Positions 18,479 through 28,078 of a DNA stretch of 64,000 nucleotides are shown here, in pieces. Source of the DNA: an uncultured Synergistaceae bacterium. GTDB taxonomy: Bacteria; Synergistota; Synergistia; Synergistales; Aminobacteriaceae. The first letter of the stretch is position 1; each line of letters starts with the position of its first letter. A program made the translations under genes and the position numbers. The DNA is taken from positions 3,793 through 67,792 of the forward strand of contig CAYRPJ010000016.1 in NCBI GenBank assembly GCA_964426245.1. Direction: 5' to 3'. The notes under the pieces are model-generated. The model worked only from the letters and a program-made list of their open reading frames with translations, had not been told where the DNA came from and did no database searches.

Positions 18479-19801
18479 GTGGAACTGAATATGGAGAAAA
18501 GCCCCGGGAAAGAGCATTTTATCTATGGCGGATGGGATACGGTGGAGCTGGCCGGAAGATTCGGCACTCCTCTCTATGTGCTCTCGGAAGAAAAAATTCG
18601 GGAGCGTTGCCGGGCGGTGCGGAAGATGTTCCTGGAGCGATGGGATAATGTCTCGGCGGTGTATGCCGGCAAGGCCTTCCTCCCGCTTGCGATGTGCGGA
18701 ATCATCCATTCGGAGGGGCTCGGGCTCGACCTTGTTTCCGGAGGTGAACTTTTCACTGCAAGCGCTGCAGGATTTCCTCTGGAAAAAACCTTTTTTCACG
18801 GAAACAGCAAGACGCGGGAGGAAATTCGCTTCGCAATCTCTTCCGGCGTGGGACGCATCGTTGTTGATGGGCTTTCGGAGCTTGAAACACTTGAAGAAGA
18901 GGCCGCCGTTTCCGGCAGGAAGGTTTCGATTCTCTTCAGGGTTACTCCTGGAGTCGACGCCCACACCCACAAGTACATCCTGACGGGACACACCGGTTCC
19001 AAGTTCGGTTTCCCGCTCGCGGGCGATTCTCTGAAGGATGCCGTGCGGCAGGTTATGCATTCCGCGCACATCTGTCTCAAGGGGTTTCACTTCCATATCG
19101 GCTCCCAGATTTTCGAAAACACATCGCATCTTCTAGCGGTGGATATCATGGTGAACTCGATTGCCGGTTTTTTCCGCGAGCTGGGGTTCGTGACCGAAGA
19201 GCTGAATATGGGCGGCGGTTACGGTGTGGAGTTCGATCCTGAAGGGCGTTCTCCCGCGATCGAAATGTTTACCGACGCCATGATGCGGAGGCTGGAAGAA
19301 GGCTGCCGGGCTGCGGGAGTGACTCGCCCCCGGGTTGTGATAGAACCTGGACGCTGGATCGTCTCGGAGGCGGGAATCACGCTCTACACGGTGCAAACGA
19401 TCAAGAAGATCGACGGTGTCATCACGTATGCGGGTGTCGACGGCGGCATGACCGACAACCCCCGCCCTTCGCTCTATGGAGCCAGGTACTGGGCTGTCGC
19501 TGCTGGGAAGATGGGACAGGAAGCCTCGACTGTCGTTACAGTGGCCGGCAAGTGCTGCGAGTCGGGGGATATTCTGATCGAGGGGCTGAAAACGCCGGCC
19601 CTTGAACGGGGGGATGTACTGGCCGTGCTGAATACCGGGGCTTACACCTTTTCCATGGCGAGCAATTACAACCGGATTCCGCGTCCCGCTGTGGTGCTTG
19701 TCGGTGAGGGACGGGCGGAAATCATAGTGGAAAGGCAGACTTACGAGGATCTTCTTCGCGGAGAGAGAATACCGGAGCACTTGAAAATAAAAAGTCCCTG
19801 A
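18479..19801 (+). CDS. lysA: diaminopimelate decarboxylase
   Basis: FGTPLYVLSEEKIRERC, YAGKAF, HFHIGSQI, GGGYGV, CESGD. GTG 18479 lies about 10 nt after aggaaagagagagg; ATG 18491 is the alternative start. Confidence 0.9.
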   Translation: MELNMEKSPGKEHFIYGGWDTVELAGRFGTPLYVLSEEKIRERCRAVRKMFLERWDNVSAVYAGKAFLPLAMCGIIHSEGLGLDLVSGGELFTASAAGFPLEKTFFHGNSKTREEIRFAISSGVGRIVVDGLSELETLEEEAAVSGRKVSILFRVTPGVDAHTHKYILTGHTGSKFGFPLAGDSLKDAVRQVMHSAHICLKGFHFHIGSQIFENTSHLLAVDIMVNSIAGFFRELGFVTEELNMGGGYGVEFDPEGRSPAIEMFTDAMMRRLEEGCRAAGVTRPRVVIEPGRWIVSEAGITLYTVQTIKKIDGVITYAGVDGGMTDNPRPSLYGARYWAVAAGKMGQEASTVVTVAGKCCESGDILIEGLKTPALERGDVLAVLNTGAYTFSMASNYNRIPRPAVVLVGEGRAEIIVERQTYEDLLRGERIPEHLKIKSP

Positions 19802-19918
19802 AAAAACTTATGGAGGTGGGGCCGAAAAAAAGAACGGCAAAGAAGCGGGGTTCTTCAAACTCTCTCCGGAAAAGTTCCGAAGCGGAGAAAGACATTCATG
19901 AGGAGGTAGAGAAGAGAT

Positions 19919-21076
19919 ATGAGAAAGAGTATTGCCATGCTTGGAGTGTTGTTTCTGCTTGTTCTTGCCGGGACCGGTTTCGCAGCCGACGTCATCAGGA
20001 TCGGCCACACGGTCTCCCTTACCGGGGGAGCCTCCATGTGGGGGCAGTCCGAGGCAAGGGCTCTCGACATGCTGTTGAAGAAGATCAACGATGCGGGCGG
20101 TGTTCTCGGCAGGCAGATCGAGTTCGTCCGCTACGACAACCGCAACGACAGTGTTGAAGCGGTCAATGTTGCGCGCCGGCTTGTCTCCGACGGCGTCGTA
20201 GCCGTTATCGGTCCTGCCCAGAGCGGCAACTCGATCGCCTCGGCTCCGGTGTTTGAGCGCGCGAAGATTCCCATGGTGGTCACGACGGCCACCAACCCCT
20301 ACGTCACCATCGATCAGCGTTCCGGAAAGGTCCGTCCCTTCGCGTTCCGCCCTTGTTTCATCGATCCCTTCCAGGGAACCGTTGCCGCCCGTTTCGCCAT
20401 CACCGACCTCGGTGCGAAAAAAGGAGCGATTCTCTATGACGTCGGTTCCGACTACGGCCAGTGGCTCGCCCGGTACTTCGAGGAAGCGTTCCTCGCCAAA
20501 GGCGGCGAAATAGTCGCCAAGGAGGCGTTCCGCACCGAAGAGCTTGATTACCGCGCGCAGCTCGGCAAGATGAAGGATCTTGCTCCCGACGTCATCTTCA
20601 TTCCGACAAGCCAGAAAGAAGCGGCCATGGCGGCGAAGCAGGCCCGCGACCTCGGAATCGAAGCCGTTCTTCTCGGTACGGACAACTGGGGGAGCCCTGA
20701 TCTTATCGAACTCGGCGGTAGCGCGATCGACGGCGGCTATTTCGTCAATCTTACCGATCTTGCCGATCCCGACATTCAGGAATTTGTTTCCGAATACAAG
20801 GCAGCCTTCGGGGAGGAGCCGGTTCTTCCGAATCCCGTTATGGCACAGGACGCTCTCCTGATGATCGTGGACGCCCTGACGAGAGCCGGCGGCACCGACG
20901 GCGCCGCTTTGGCAGAAGCGCTGGGGAATATCAAGGATCTGAAGGTCACCAGCGGAGTTCTCACGATCAGCCCGGAGGATCATAATCCACTCGACAAGCC
21001 TGCCGTGATCCAGCAGGTCGACGTCGCGAACAAGACCTTCAAGTTCGTGAAGAAGTACGTCTCCGTGGACGATTAG
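19919..21076 (+). CDS. branched-chain/hydrophobic amino-acid (HAAT family) ABC substrate-binding protein
   Basis: Signal peptide, then IRIGHTVSLTGGASMWG, INDAGGVLGRQIE, VVAVIGPAQSG (LivJ/LivK-like). Confidence 0.85.
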   Translation: MRKSIAMLGVLFLLVLAGTGFAADVIRIGHTVSLTGGASMWGQSEARALDMLLKKINDAGGVLGRQIEFVRYDNRNDSVEAVNVARRLVSDGVVAVIGPAQSGNSIASAPVFERAKIPMVVTTATNPYVTIDQRSGKVRPFAFRPCFIDPFQGTVAARFAITDLGAKKGAILYDVGSDYGQWLARYFEEAFLAKGGEIVAKEAFRTEELDYRAQLGKMKDLAPDVIFIPTSQKEAAMAAKQARDLGIEAVLLGTDNWGSPDLIELGGSAIDGGYFVNLTDLADPDIQEFVSEYKAAFGEEPVLPNPVMAQDALLMIVDALTRAGGTDGAALAEALGNIKDLKVTSGVLTISPEDHNPLDKPAVIQQVDVANKTFKFVKKYVSVDD

Positions 21077-21147
21077 TCTCTTTCCTCAGGGAACCGTCTC
21101 GGACGTATCGCGGGAGCGATGCGCGCAGCGCGGGGATCCTGTTTTTC

Positions 21148-21186
21148 GGGGCTGCCTCCTCTTCGGGAGGAGGCTCCCCGTTTTTT
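21148..21186 (+). terminator. strong hairpin plus U-run between the binding-protein gene and the permease genes (attenuator/terminator)
   Basis: gggg..gcctcctc/ttcgg/gaggaggc..cccc followed by gTTTTTT. Confidence 0.65.
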
Positions 21187-21240
21187 CGCCCGGGGTCGGG
21201 GAAACCCCGTTCTGTAGTTTCCTCAATATGCTCAAAGGAT

Positions 21241-22125
21241 GTGTGGACCGGATTGTTTCTTCAAACACTCATTACGGGTCTCTCGATAGGAGGCATTTAC
21301 GCCCTGATGGCTGTGGGGTACTCCCTCGTCTTCAGCGTGCTCAACTTCAGCAACTTTGCTCACGGCGCGGTTATCATGCTCGGGGCTTACGTCGGGTTTG
21401 CCCTGGCGACGAAGTTCAGTCTGGGATTCGGCCTTGTTCTGGCCGGAAGCATCGCCGGCGCCGGGATAATCGCAGTGCTCAACGAGCGTCTTGCTTACTC
21501 GAGCCTGCGGAGACGCAAGGCTCCCTCTCTCTACCTGATGATCAGCGCGATGGGGTGTGCAGTCTTCCTTGAAAATATGGTGTATGCCACAATCGGCTCC
21601 CGGTTCTACGCATTTCCCGAATTTTTCGGGCGGCAGGTGATCAGCCTGGGCGGCAGCAGCATCAGTCTCCTCGACGTGGGTGCGTTTCTTTTCGCCCTTA
21701 CCGCTATCCTGGGGCTTCATCTCTTTATCAGCCGGACACGGACGGGCATCGCCATCCGCGCCGGAGTCTCCGACATGACCATGTGCTCCCTGATGGGAGT
21801 TGACCTGGATCGGCTCATCGCTATCGTCTTTCTGCTCGCGGGCGGCTTCGCGGGGGTCGCGGGAGTCTTTCTGGGTATAAAGTACCTCGTCTATCCGACC
21901 ATGGGGTGGGTGACCAACAAAGCCTACATCGCGGCAGTCATCGGAGGTCTTGGAAGTCTTCCGGGGGCGCTCGCGGGAGGCCTTATCCTCGGCGTCGTGG
22001 AGACGTTCGTCTCGACCTACGTATCGAGCGTCCTCCGGGACGTCTTCAGCTTCACCCTTCTTATCGCGTTTCTCGTGCTGCGACCGAACGGTCTCCTCGG
22101 CCGTGACGGAGAGGAGAAGGTATAG
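21241..22125 (+). CDS. livH: HAAT-family ABC permease (LivH-like)
   Basis: FLQTLITGLSIGGIYALMAVGYSLVFSVLNFSNFAHG is a typical LivH N-terminus. GTG start. Confidence 0.85.
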   Translation: MWTGLFLQTLITGLSIGGIYALMAVGYSLVFSVLNFSNFAHGAVIMLGAYVGFALATKFSLGFGLVLAGSIAGAGIIAVLNERLAYSSLRRRKAPSLYLMISAMGCAVFLENMVYATIGSRFYAFPEFFGRQVISLGGSSISLLDVGAFLFALTAILGLHLFISRTRTGIAIRAGVSDMTMCSLMGVDLDRLIAIVFLLAGGFAGVAGVFLGIKYLVYPTMGWVTNKAYIAAVIGGLGSLPGALAGGLILGVVETFVSTYVSSVLRDVFSFTLLIAFLVLRPNGLLGRDGEEKV

Positions 22126-22127
22126 CC

Positions 22128-22991
22128 ATGGACTATATTCTTTCCATCGTCATTCTCGCCGGCATCAACATGATCGCCGTCCTGGGCCTTTCGATCTTCA
22201 CCGGATTCACAGGGCTCTTCTCGCTGGGGCACGCTGCTTTCGTCGCGGTGGGCGCCTATACGTCGGCAATCCTCACCTACTATTACTATGTGCCCTACTT
22301 TCTCGCCCTTGCGGCGGGAGCGGCGGCGGCGGGAGCCGTGAGCCTCGTTATCGGCGTTCCCACGCTGCGGGCGAAGCTGAGAAGCGACTATTTCGCCATA
22401 GCAATCCTCGGTTTCGGCGAAGCGCTGAGAGTTCTTCTGGAGAATCTCGAAATCACGAACGGCGCCAGGGGACTCCCCGGCATCGACGACTTTACAACGC
22501 TGCCGATCGTGATCGCATGTCTCGCGGGAGGAGTCTTCATCGCCCGAAACTTCCTGCGTTCCCGGTGGGGGGTAGCGTGCATCGCAATCCGCGAGGATCC
22601 GATCGCCGCCGAGACCGCGGGAGTACGACTCTTCCGGACGCGGCTTCTCTCTCTCGTGGTCAGCGCCGTCTTCTGCGGATTGTCGGGAGGACTTCTGGCG
22701 CATTTCCTCTCTTTCATCCAGCCGCAGATGTTCACACTGATCCAGTCCACGCAGCTTCTCGCGGCGGTGATCGCCGGCGGCATGGGGAGCATCTCAGGGC
22801 CGCTCATCGCCTCCTTCGTCTTCATCGCGCTTCCCGAGGCTCTTCGTGTTGCGCAGATGTGGAGGCTGGTGGCCTACGGACTTCTTCTCGTCCTCATTAT
22901 GGTCTATCGCCCGCAGGGGTTGATGGGCTATTCCGAGATTACAACATTTTTCCGGAGATCATCCGGCAGGGACGGGGGGCGCCGGTCATGA
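22128..22991 (+). CDS. livM: HAAT-family ABC permease (LivM-like)
   Basis: Polytopic. LSIFTGFTGLFSLGHAAFVAVGAY, AIREDPIAAETAGV. Confidence 0.85.
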   Translation: MDYILSIVILAGINMIAVLGLSIFTGFTGLFSLGHAAFVAVGAYTSAILTYYYYVPYFLALAAGAAAAGAVSLVIGVPTLRAKLRSDYFAIAILGFGEALRVLLENLEITNGARGLPGIDDFTTLPIVIACLAGGVFIARNFLRSRWGVACIAIREDPIAAETAGVRLFRTRLLSLVVSAVFCGLSGGLLAHFLSFIQPQMFTLIQSTQLLAAVIAGGMGSISGPLIASFVFIALPEALRVAQMWRLVAYGLLLVLIMVYRPQGLMGYSEITTFFRRSSGRDGGRRS

Positions 22992-23929
22992 AAAACGAAC
23001 AGATTCTGCTCTCCGTATCGAACCTGACGAAGAATTTTGGCGGTATACGGGCAGTGGATTCCTTCTCCTTCGAAGTGCGGGAGGGCTCGGTGACGGGAAT
23101 CATCGGGCCGAACGGCGCCGGGAAGACCACAGTTTTCAACCTCGTGACGGGACTCTATACTCCCACTTCTGGATCGATTCTCTTCCGGGGCGATGAGATA
23201 GGCGGCAACCGTCCCGATGCCATCGTCCGGAAAGGGATCGCGCGGACTTTCCAGAATATCCGCCTCTTCAACAGAAGGACGTGTCTGGAGAATGTCCTGA
23301 CGCCGTTGCTGCAGCGTGAAAAATGCAGCTTCGCGGGAGCCCTTCTTGGAATTCCGTCCGTCCGTCGGCTGGAGCGGGAGCTTCACGACAAGGCGCGCGG
23401 TCTTTTGGCCGATCTCGGGCTCGAAAAGTACGCTCTCTTCCAGGCGAGCAATCTCCCGTACGGACTTCAGCGAAAGCTCGAGATCGCGCGTGCGCTCGCC
23501 ACGGAGCCCTCGCTGTTGCTGCTCGACGAACCGGCTGCCGGTATGAACCCGGAGGAGACACGGAATCTTGCGAATCTCATTGCGGAAGTACGCGAAAAAT
23601 TCGGCGTCACTATCCTGCTCATCGAGCATCACATGGATCTCGTCATGAACATATGCTCGCCCATCGTGGTGATGAATTTCGGCGGGCTCCTCGCAACGGG
23701 AACACCGGACGAGGTCCGGGCCGATCCGAAAGTCGTCGCCGCATACCTGGGGACAAGCAGACGACCGACGAACGCCGCGACCGAAGAGAGCGGCAAGGAG
23801 TCGTGTCGGTCGTTTGGTGCGCATGTACCTGGCGCTACAAGCAGACGACCGACGAACGCCGCGACCGAAGGGGAAGGTGCGGATGCAACCGGCGTAAAAG
23901 GAGAAAACAATGAACGCTTTGGGAATTAA
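22988..23929 (+). CDS. livG: HAAT-family ABC ATPase (LivG-like) with an atypical ~60-aa repeat-derived C-terminal extension
   Basis: ATG 22988 overlaps the livM stop (ATGA). Walker A GPNGAGKTT, signature LPYGLQRKLEIARAL, Walker B LLLLDEPAAG. The usual C-terminal ..AAYLG is followed by TSRRPTNAATE twice. The track ORF upstream of 22988 is a spurious frame extension. Confidence 0.85.
   Translation: MKNEQILLSVSNLTKNFGGIRAVDSFSFEVREGSVTGIIGPNGAGKTTVFNLVTGLYTPTSGSILFRGDEIGGNRPDAIVRKGIARTFQNIRLFNRRTCLENVLTPLLQREKCSFAGALLGIPSVRRLERELHDKARGLLADLGLEKYALFQASNLPYGLQRKLEIARALATEPSLLLLDEPAAGMNPEETRNLANLIAEVREKFGVTILLIEHHMDLVMNICSPIVVMNFGGLLATGTPDEVRADPKVVAAYLGTSRRPTNAATEESGKESCRSFGAHVPGATSRRPTNAATEGEGADATGVKGENNERFGN
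23753..23870 (+). repeat. 34-bp perfect direct repeat, two copies 84 bp apart, at the livG-livF junction
   Basis: acaagcagacgaccgacgaacgccgcgaccgaag occurs at 23753-23786 and 23837-23870. gtcggtcgt (23805-23813) between the copies is complementary to acgaccgac in both. Confidence 0.8.
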
Positions 23930-24617
23930 GGATCTCAATGTCCACTATGGAACCATCCATGCCGTACAGGGTGTCTCCTTTTCCATGAAGGAGAAGGAGA
24001 TCGTTTCCATCGTCGGTTCGAACGGCGCGGGCAAGTCGACCATCATGTGGACCCTTGCCGGAGTGGTGGGGCGCTCGGGAGGGGATATCGAAATTTTCGG
24101 GACCCCTCTCCCTTCGAAGCCGCACGAGATCGTCGCTCGAGGATTAGCTCTGGTTCCAGAACGCCGGCGCCTCTTTTCCTCCCTGACGGTATCGGAAAAC
24201 CTGGTTATGGGCGCGTATCGCCGGAGAGACATGGCGGTCGTCGAACAGGATATGGAGCGTTGTTTCCGTCTTTTCCCCATTCTGAAACAGCGTTTGAAGC
24301 AGCGTTCGGGCACGCTCTCCGGAGGTGAGCAGCAGATGCTCGCCATATCCAGGGCGCTCATGAGCAGACCGAAGATCCTGCTGCTGGATGAACCCTCGCT
24401 CGGCTTGGCTCCGCTCCTCGTCGAAACGCTCATGGAGACGATACTGCAGATACGCGGGGAGGGCATGACGGTGCTCCTGGTCGAACAGAACGCGACGCAG
24501 GCGCTGGAGATCAGCGACAGGGGATTTATTCTCGATGCGGGACGTTTCCTGAAAAGCGGTTCGGGTCCTGAACTCGCCGGGGATCCCGAGATACGGAAAG
24601 CGTATCTCGGAGGGTAG
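23910..24617 (+). CDS. livF: HAAT-family ABC ATPase (LivF-like)
   Basis: GSNGAGKST, LSGGEQQMLAISRAL, ILLLDEPSLGLAP. RBS aaaggag. Confidence 0.9.
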   Translation: MNALGIKDLNVHYGTIHAVQGVSFSMKEKEIVSIVGSNGAGKSTIMWTLAGVVGRSGGDIEIFGTPLPSKPHEIVARGLALVPERRRLFSSLTVSENLVMGAYRRRDMAVVEQDMERCFRLFPILKQRLKQRSGTLSGGEQQMLAISRALMSRPKILLLDEPSLGLAPLLVETLMETILQIRGEGMTVLLVEQNATQALEISDRGFILDAGRFLKSGSGPELAGDPEIRKAYLGG

Positions 24618-24654
24618 CATCCGTTTCATATTTGTCAGCGGATCGGAAAAATTC

Positions 24655-24693
24655 GGCGGAGCCGTCTGCGCTAAGGCTCCGCCGATCATTTTT
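24655..24693. terminator. hairpin between convergent livF and metF
   Basis: ggcggagcc / 11-nt loop / ggctccgcc followed by gatcaTTTTT, and preceded by an A-run. Confidence 0.55.
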
Positions 24694-24712
24694 ACTTTCT
24701 GGGGGATTCCTT

Positions 24713-25609
24713 TCAGGCGGGTTCTCTTGCTCCCGTGAGTGTCTTCCTGACCGTCGAAAGCCTCGTCATGATCTTCCCTGCGACTTCCGGCCGGTTCATG
24801 GTATAGATATGAATTCCGTCCGCGCCCCAGGAGAGCAGGTCGATGATCTGCTCGGTCGCGTAGGCTATCCCGGCCTCCGCGAGGGCTTCGGGCGAATGCT
24901 CGTAGCGGGACATGATCCGTGCGAAACGCGGCGGTATCGAAGCGCCGCAGAGAGAGACGATCCTGCCGATCTGCCTGGCGTTGAGAACCGGCATAATGCC
25001 GGCAAGCACTGGAATAGCGACCCCGGCGGCACGAACCTTGTCCATGAAGCGGAAGAAGATCTCGTTGTCGAAGAAGAGCTGCGTGATCAAAAAATCCGCC
25101 CCGGCATCCACTTTCTCTTTCAGGTGCACGATATCCTGTTCCAGTGAGGGACATTCCGGGTGTCCCTCCGGATAGGCAGCGGCGCCGAGTGAAAAATCAC
25201 GAAAATGCCCCCGCCGGATGTGGCGGATTAAGTCAGCGGCATATTTGAAGGAGTTCTCGCACGGTTCGCCCTCCGGCCGCGGATCGCCGCGAAGCGCAAG
25301 GATATTGCAGACCCCTTCCTGTTCCAGGTCGGCAAGAACGCGTTCGACCTCGGCGGGTGAAGAACCCATGCAGGTTAAATGGGCAAGGGAAACGAGCCCC
25401 CAGCGATTATTGACGGCTGACGCGATTTCGACGGTGCGGTCACGGCTGCTTCCTCCCGCTCCGTAGGTAACGCTGATGAAGTCCGGAGAGTACCTCTTCA
25501 GTCCCGCCACGGTATCGAACACCGTTTCGATAGGCGTTTCCGGCTTGGGAGGAAAAATCTCGAAGGATATGACGGGCCGCGTACTGGAAAGCAGCTCACG
25601 GATGAACAT
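24713..25609 (-). CDS. metF: methylenetetrahydrofolate reductase
   Basis: ISFEIFPPKPE, FISVTYGAGGS, HLTC, ILALRGDP. Confidence 0.9.
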   Translation of the reverse strand: MFIRELLSSTRPVISFEIFPPKPETPIETVFDTVAGLKRYSPDFISVTYGAGGSSRDRTVEIASAVNNRWGLVSLAHLTCMGSSPAEVERVLADLEQEGVCNILALRGDPRPEGEPCENSFKYAADLIRHIRRGHFRDFSLGAAAYPEGHPECPSLEQDIVHLKEKVDAGADFLITQLFFDNEIFFRFMDKVRAAGVAIPVLAGIMPVLNARQIGRIVSLCGASIPPRFARIMSRYEHSPEALAEAGIAYATEQIIDLLSWGADGIHIYTMNRPEVAGKIMTRLSTVRKTLTGAREPA

Positions 25610-25615
25610 ATTGAT

Positions 25616-28078
25616 TCAGCTCCTTTTGGAAGATGGTGTTCTGGATGCCATGAGCGACTCCACGAGACGGACGGAGCTTACCGCATCCGGTGCGTAGCCG
25701 TGGGCGCCGATACGACGTGCAAATTCCTCGTCCACAGATGCTCCGCCGACGATCACGAAGACGCCGGGAAGGCGCCGCAGGATCTCTTCGGTTGTTGAGG
25801 CCATGTTCTTCATTGTCGAGGTCATCAGGGCGGAAAGCCCGATGAAATCGAAGTTTCCCCGCTCCGCCTCTTCCAGAATAACGCTCGAAGGGACATCCTT
25901 CCCGAGGTCGACGACATTGAAGCCGTGACTTTTCAGCACGGTTCCGACCACGTTCTTGCCGAGGTCGTGAAGATCGCCTTCGACCGTGGCCAGCAGAACA
26001 TTTCCCCTTGATGCGATCCCGCCCGAACGTTCGAACAGTTCCATTGCAATGCCGCAGACCCGCTGGGCAGTTTCAGCCGAGGAGATGAGCTGAGGGAGAA
26101 AGCAGTTCCCGCGATCGTATTGTCTGCCGACTTCTTCAAGGGATGGAATGACCCCTTGGTTGACGATGTCGAGAGGGGATGATCCCGATGATAGAAGCGT
26201 TTGCGCCTGTTCTTCCGCCTGCTGAACGTCTCCGTGGAGAACAGCGAGCCCCAGCGGAAGATACTCTGCGGCGACGGCGAGGGATTCGGACTCCGCAGAC
26301 TTCTCCCGCGCGTCCGCTCGGGGAGAAGAAACGGTCGTATCATGCGCGAAGAAGCTCTGTGCCGCGGAGAGAAACCGTTTTCCCCCGATATCTCTCCCTG
26401 CAAGGACCTCCGATGCGGCAAGAGTTTCCATCATGCCCCGGTCAAGCGGGTTCATGATGGCGCAATCAAGGCCGGCGGCGACCGCCATGGCGAGGAAGGT
26501 TCTGTTCAGAAGCGACCGTGCCGGCATTCCGTGAGAGACGTTGCTCAGTCCGAGGACCGAGGTTATTCCCTCCTCCCGGAGAAAGGAGAGCGCTGCAAGG
26601 GTGACGGCGGGTGCGGCACTGTCGGCTCCCACTGCCAGAGTGAGCCCGTCCACCACGAGCCCCTCGCGCGGAAAGTCCAGGGAGTCCGCGGCGGAGAGAA
26701 TCCTTCGGATGACGTTTATTCTTGCCTCCACACTTTCCGGAAGGCCGCTTTCGTCGAGAGGAAGAACAGCGGCGACAGCGCCGTGCCTCTTGGCGAGGGC
26801 AAGCCCGGGAAAGAGGGAGTCTTCCTTCGCGGTGAAGGAGTTGATCAGGGGGATGCCGGTGACCGTGAGAAGTCCCGACTCGAGGACAGATGCACTGTCG
26901 CTGTCGATCGAGACGGGAAGCGACGTGGACTGTCCGACGGCCGTCACCGCGGCGGACATTGCGGCGGACTGGTCGATCGACGGAAGACCGACGTTCACGT
27001 CGATTATGTGAGCGCCGGCGTCGGTCTGAAGGCGGGCTTCCTCGCGGAGCGTCGTCCAGACAAATTTTCCGATCTCCTCCCGAAGTGGGGACTTCCTGGA
27101 TACGTTGATCCGCTCGCCGATGATACGGAAGGGGTGACAAGCTCCTGCGAGTACAAGACGGCTCCGGCTCGCCAGGGGCGTTCCCTTTTCAGGGGAGTGT
27201 TTTTTTACCGGAATTTCCCGAACGGCGCCGGCGAGGGCGGCGATGTGACCAGGCGTGGTACCGCAGCATCCACCGATCACATCGGCGCCGGCCTCTGCCA
27301 GTCGGGTTCCCCACGATGCAAAGACCTCCGGGGAGCGGTACTCCTGATTTCCCGGAAGACCGGCATTGGCATAGACAAAGACTGGAATGCCCGCGTGTTC
27401 GGAGAGGATTCCTACGGTCTGAACATACTCTTCCGGACCCACGCCGCAGTTGGCTCCTACTCCGGCGGCGCCCTGGAATGCAGCCCACCGGGCCGCGACC
27501 TCGGGAGGGGTTCCCGTCACCGTCCTTCCTTTCTGGTCGAAAGTGAAGCTCACCACGAAAGCTCCATCAGGAACAAGATCCTTAGCCGCGAGAACCGCCG
27601 CTTTCGCCTCCCTGAGGTCGATCATCGTCTCGATGAGGAGGAAATCCGCACCGCCTTCGAGCAGTCCTTCCATCTGCGTGCGGAAGGAACGGTAGGCATC
27701 ATCGAAGGAGAGGGGGCCGAAAGGCGCCAGGAGCTCTCCGAGAGGTCCTACAGAGCCCGCTACCAGCACATTCTCTCCGGCAGCCGATTTTGCAAGGCGT
27801 GCGGCTTCCGCGTTTATCTCCCTCGCCCTGCCATCGAGGCCCCGGTGCGCCATCTTCAGCGGGCTTCCGCCGAAAGTATTCGTCTCGAGAATTCTAGCCC
27901 CGGCGTTTTGGTAGGCAGTATGTATGTCTTTCAGGACATCGGGGCGGAAAAGGTTCATCTCCTCAGGCAGCATAGGGGGATTCCACCCGTTTTCTGCAAG
28001 GAGCGTTCCCATGCCTCCGTCGAGGAGCACGACTCCCCTTTGTTCTTCGATCCAACGAATGAGTTGATTCCTTTTCAT
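25616..28078 (-). CDS. metH: cobalamin-dependent methionine synthase, short form lacking the AdoMet reactivation domain
   Basis: Hcy-binding LLDGGMGT and GGCCGTTPGHI. Pterin-binding module. B12-binding EGDLHDLGKNVV (DxHxxG), SALMTST, GGA. ATG 28078 follows gggggaag. The protein ends about 20 aa after the B12 domain. Confidence 0.9.
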   Translation of the reverse strand: MKRNQLIRWIEEQRGVVLLDGGMGTLLAENGWNPPMLPEEMNLFRPDVLKDIHTAYQNAGARILETNTFGGSPLKMAHRGLDGRAREINAEAARLAKSAAGENVLVAGSVGPLGELLAPFGPLSFDDAYRSFRTQMEGLLEGGADFLLIETMIDLREAKAAVLAAKDLVPDGAFVVSFTFDQKGRTVTGTPPEVAARWAAFQGAAGVGANCGVGPEEYVQTVGILSEHAGIPVFVYANAGLPGNQEYRSPEVFASWGTRLAEAGADVIGGCCGTTPGHIAALAGAVREIPVKKHSPEKGTPLASRSRLVLAGACHPFRIIGERINVSRKSPLREEIGKFVWTTLREEARLQTDAGAHIIDVNVGLPSIDQSAAMSAAVTAVGQSTSLPVSIDSDSASVLESGLLTVTGIPLINSFTAKEDSLFPGLALAKRHGAVAAVLPLDESGLPESVEARINVIRRILSAADSLDFPREGLVVDGLTLAVGADSAAPAVTLAALSFLREEGITSVLGLSNVSHGMPARSLLNRTFLAMAVAAGLDCAIMNPLDRGMMETLAASEVLAGRDIGGKRFLSAAQSFFAHDTTVSSPRADAREKSAESESLAVAAEYLPLGLAVLHGDVQQAEEQAQTLLSSGSSPLDIVNQGVIPSLEEVGRQYDRGNCFLPQLISSAETAQRVCGIAMELFERSGGIASRGNVLLATVEGDLHDLGKNVVGTVLKSHGFNVVDLGKDVPSSVILEEAERGNFDFIGLSALMTSTMKNMASTTEEILRRLPGVFVIVGGASVDEEFARRIGAHGYAPDAVSSVRLVESLMASRTPSSKRS

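Noticed and set aside
21950-22987. N-terminal ~346 codons of the long track ORF 21950-23929
   Set aside because: This part overlaps livH and livM in another frame and is R/S/G-rich. The real LivG begins at ATG 22988, which overlaps the livM stop.
23753-23870. Possible CRISPR-like repeat
   Set aside because: There are only two copies, they lie inside coding sequence, and no cas genes are present. It is reported instead as a local duplication.
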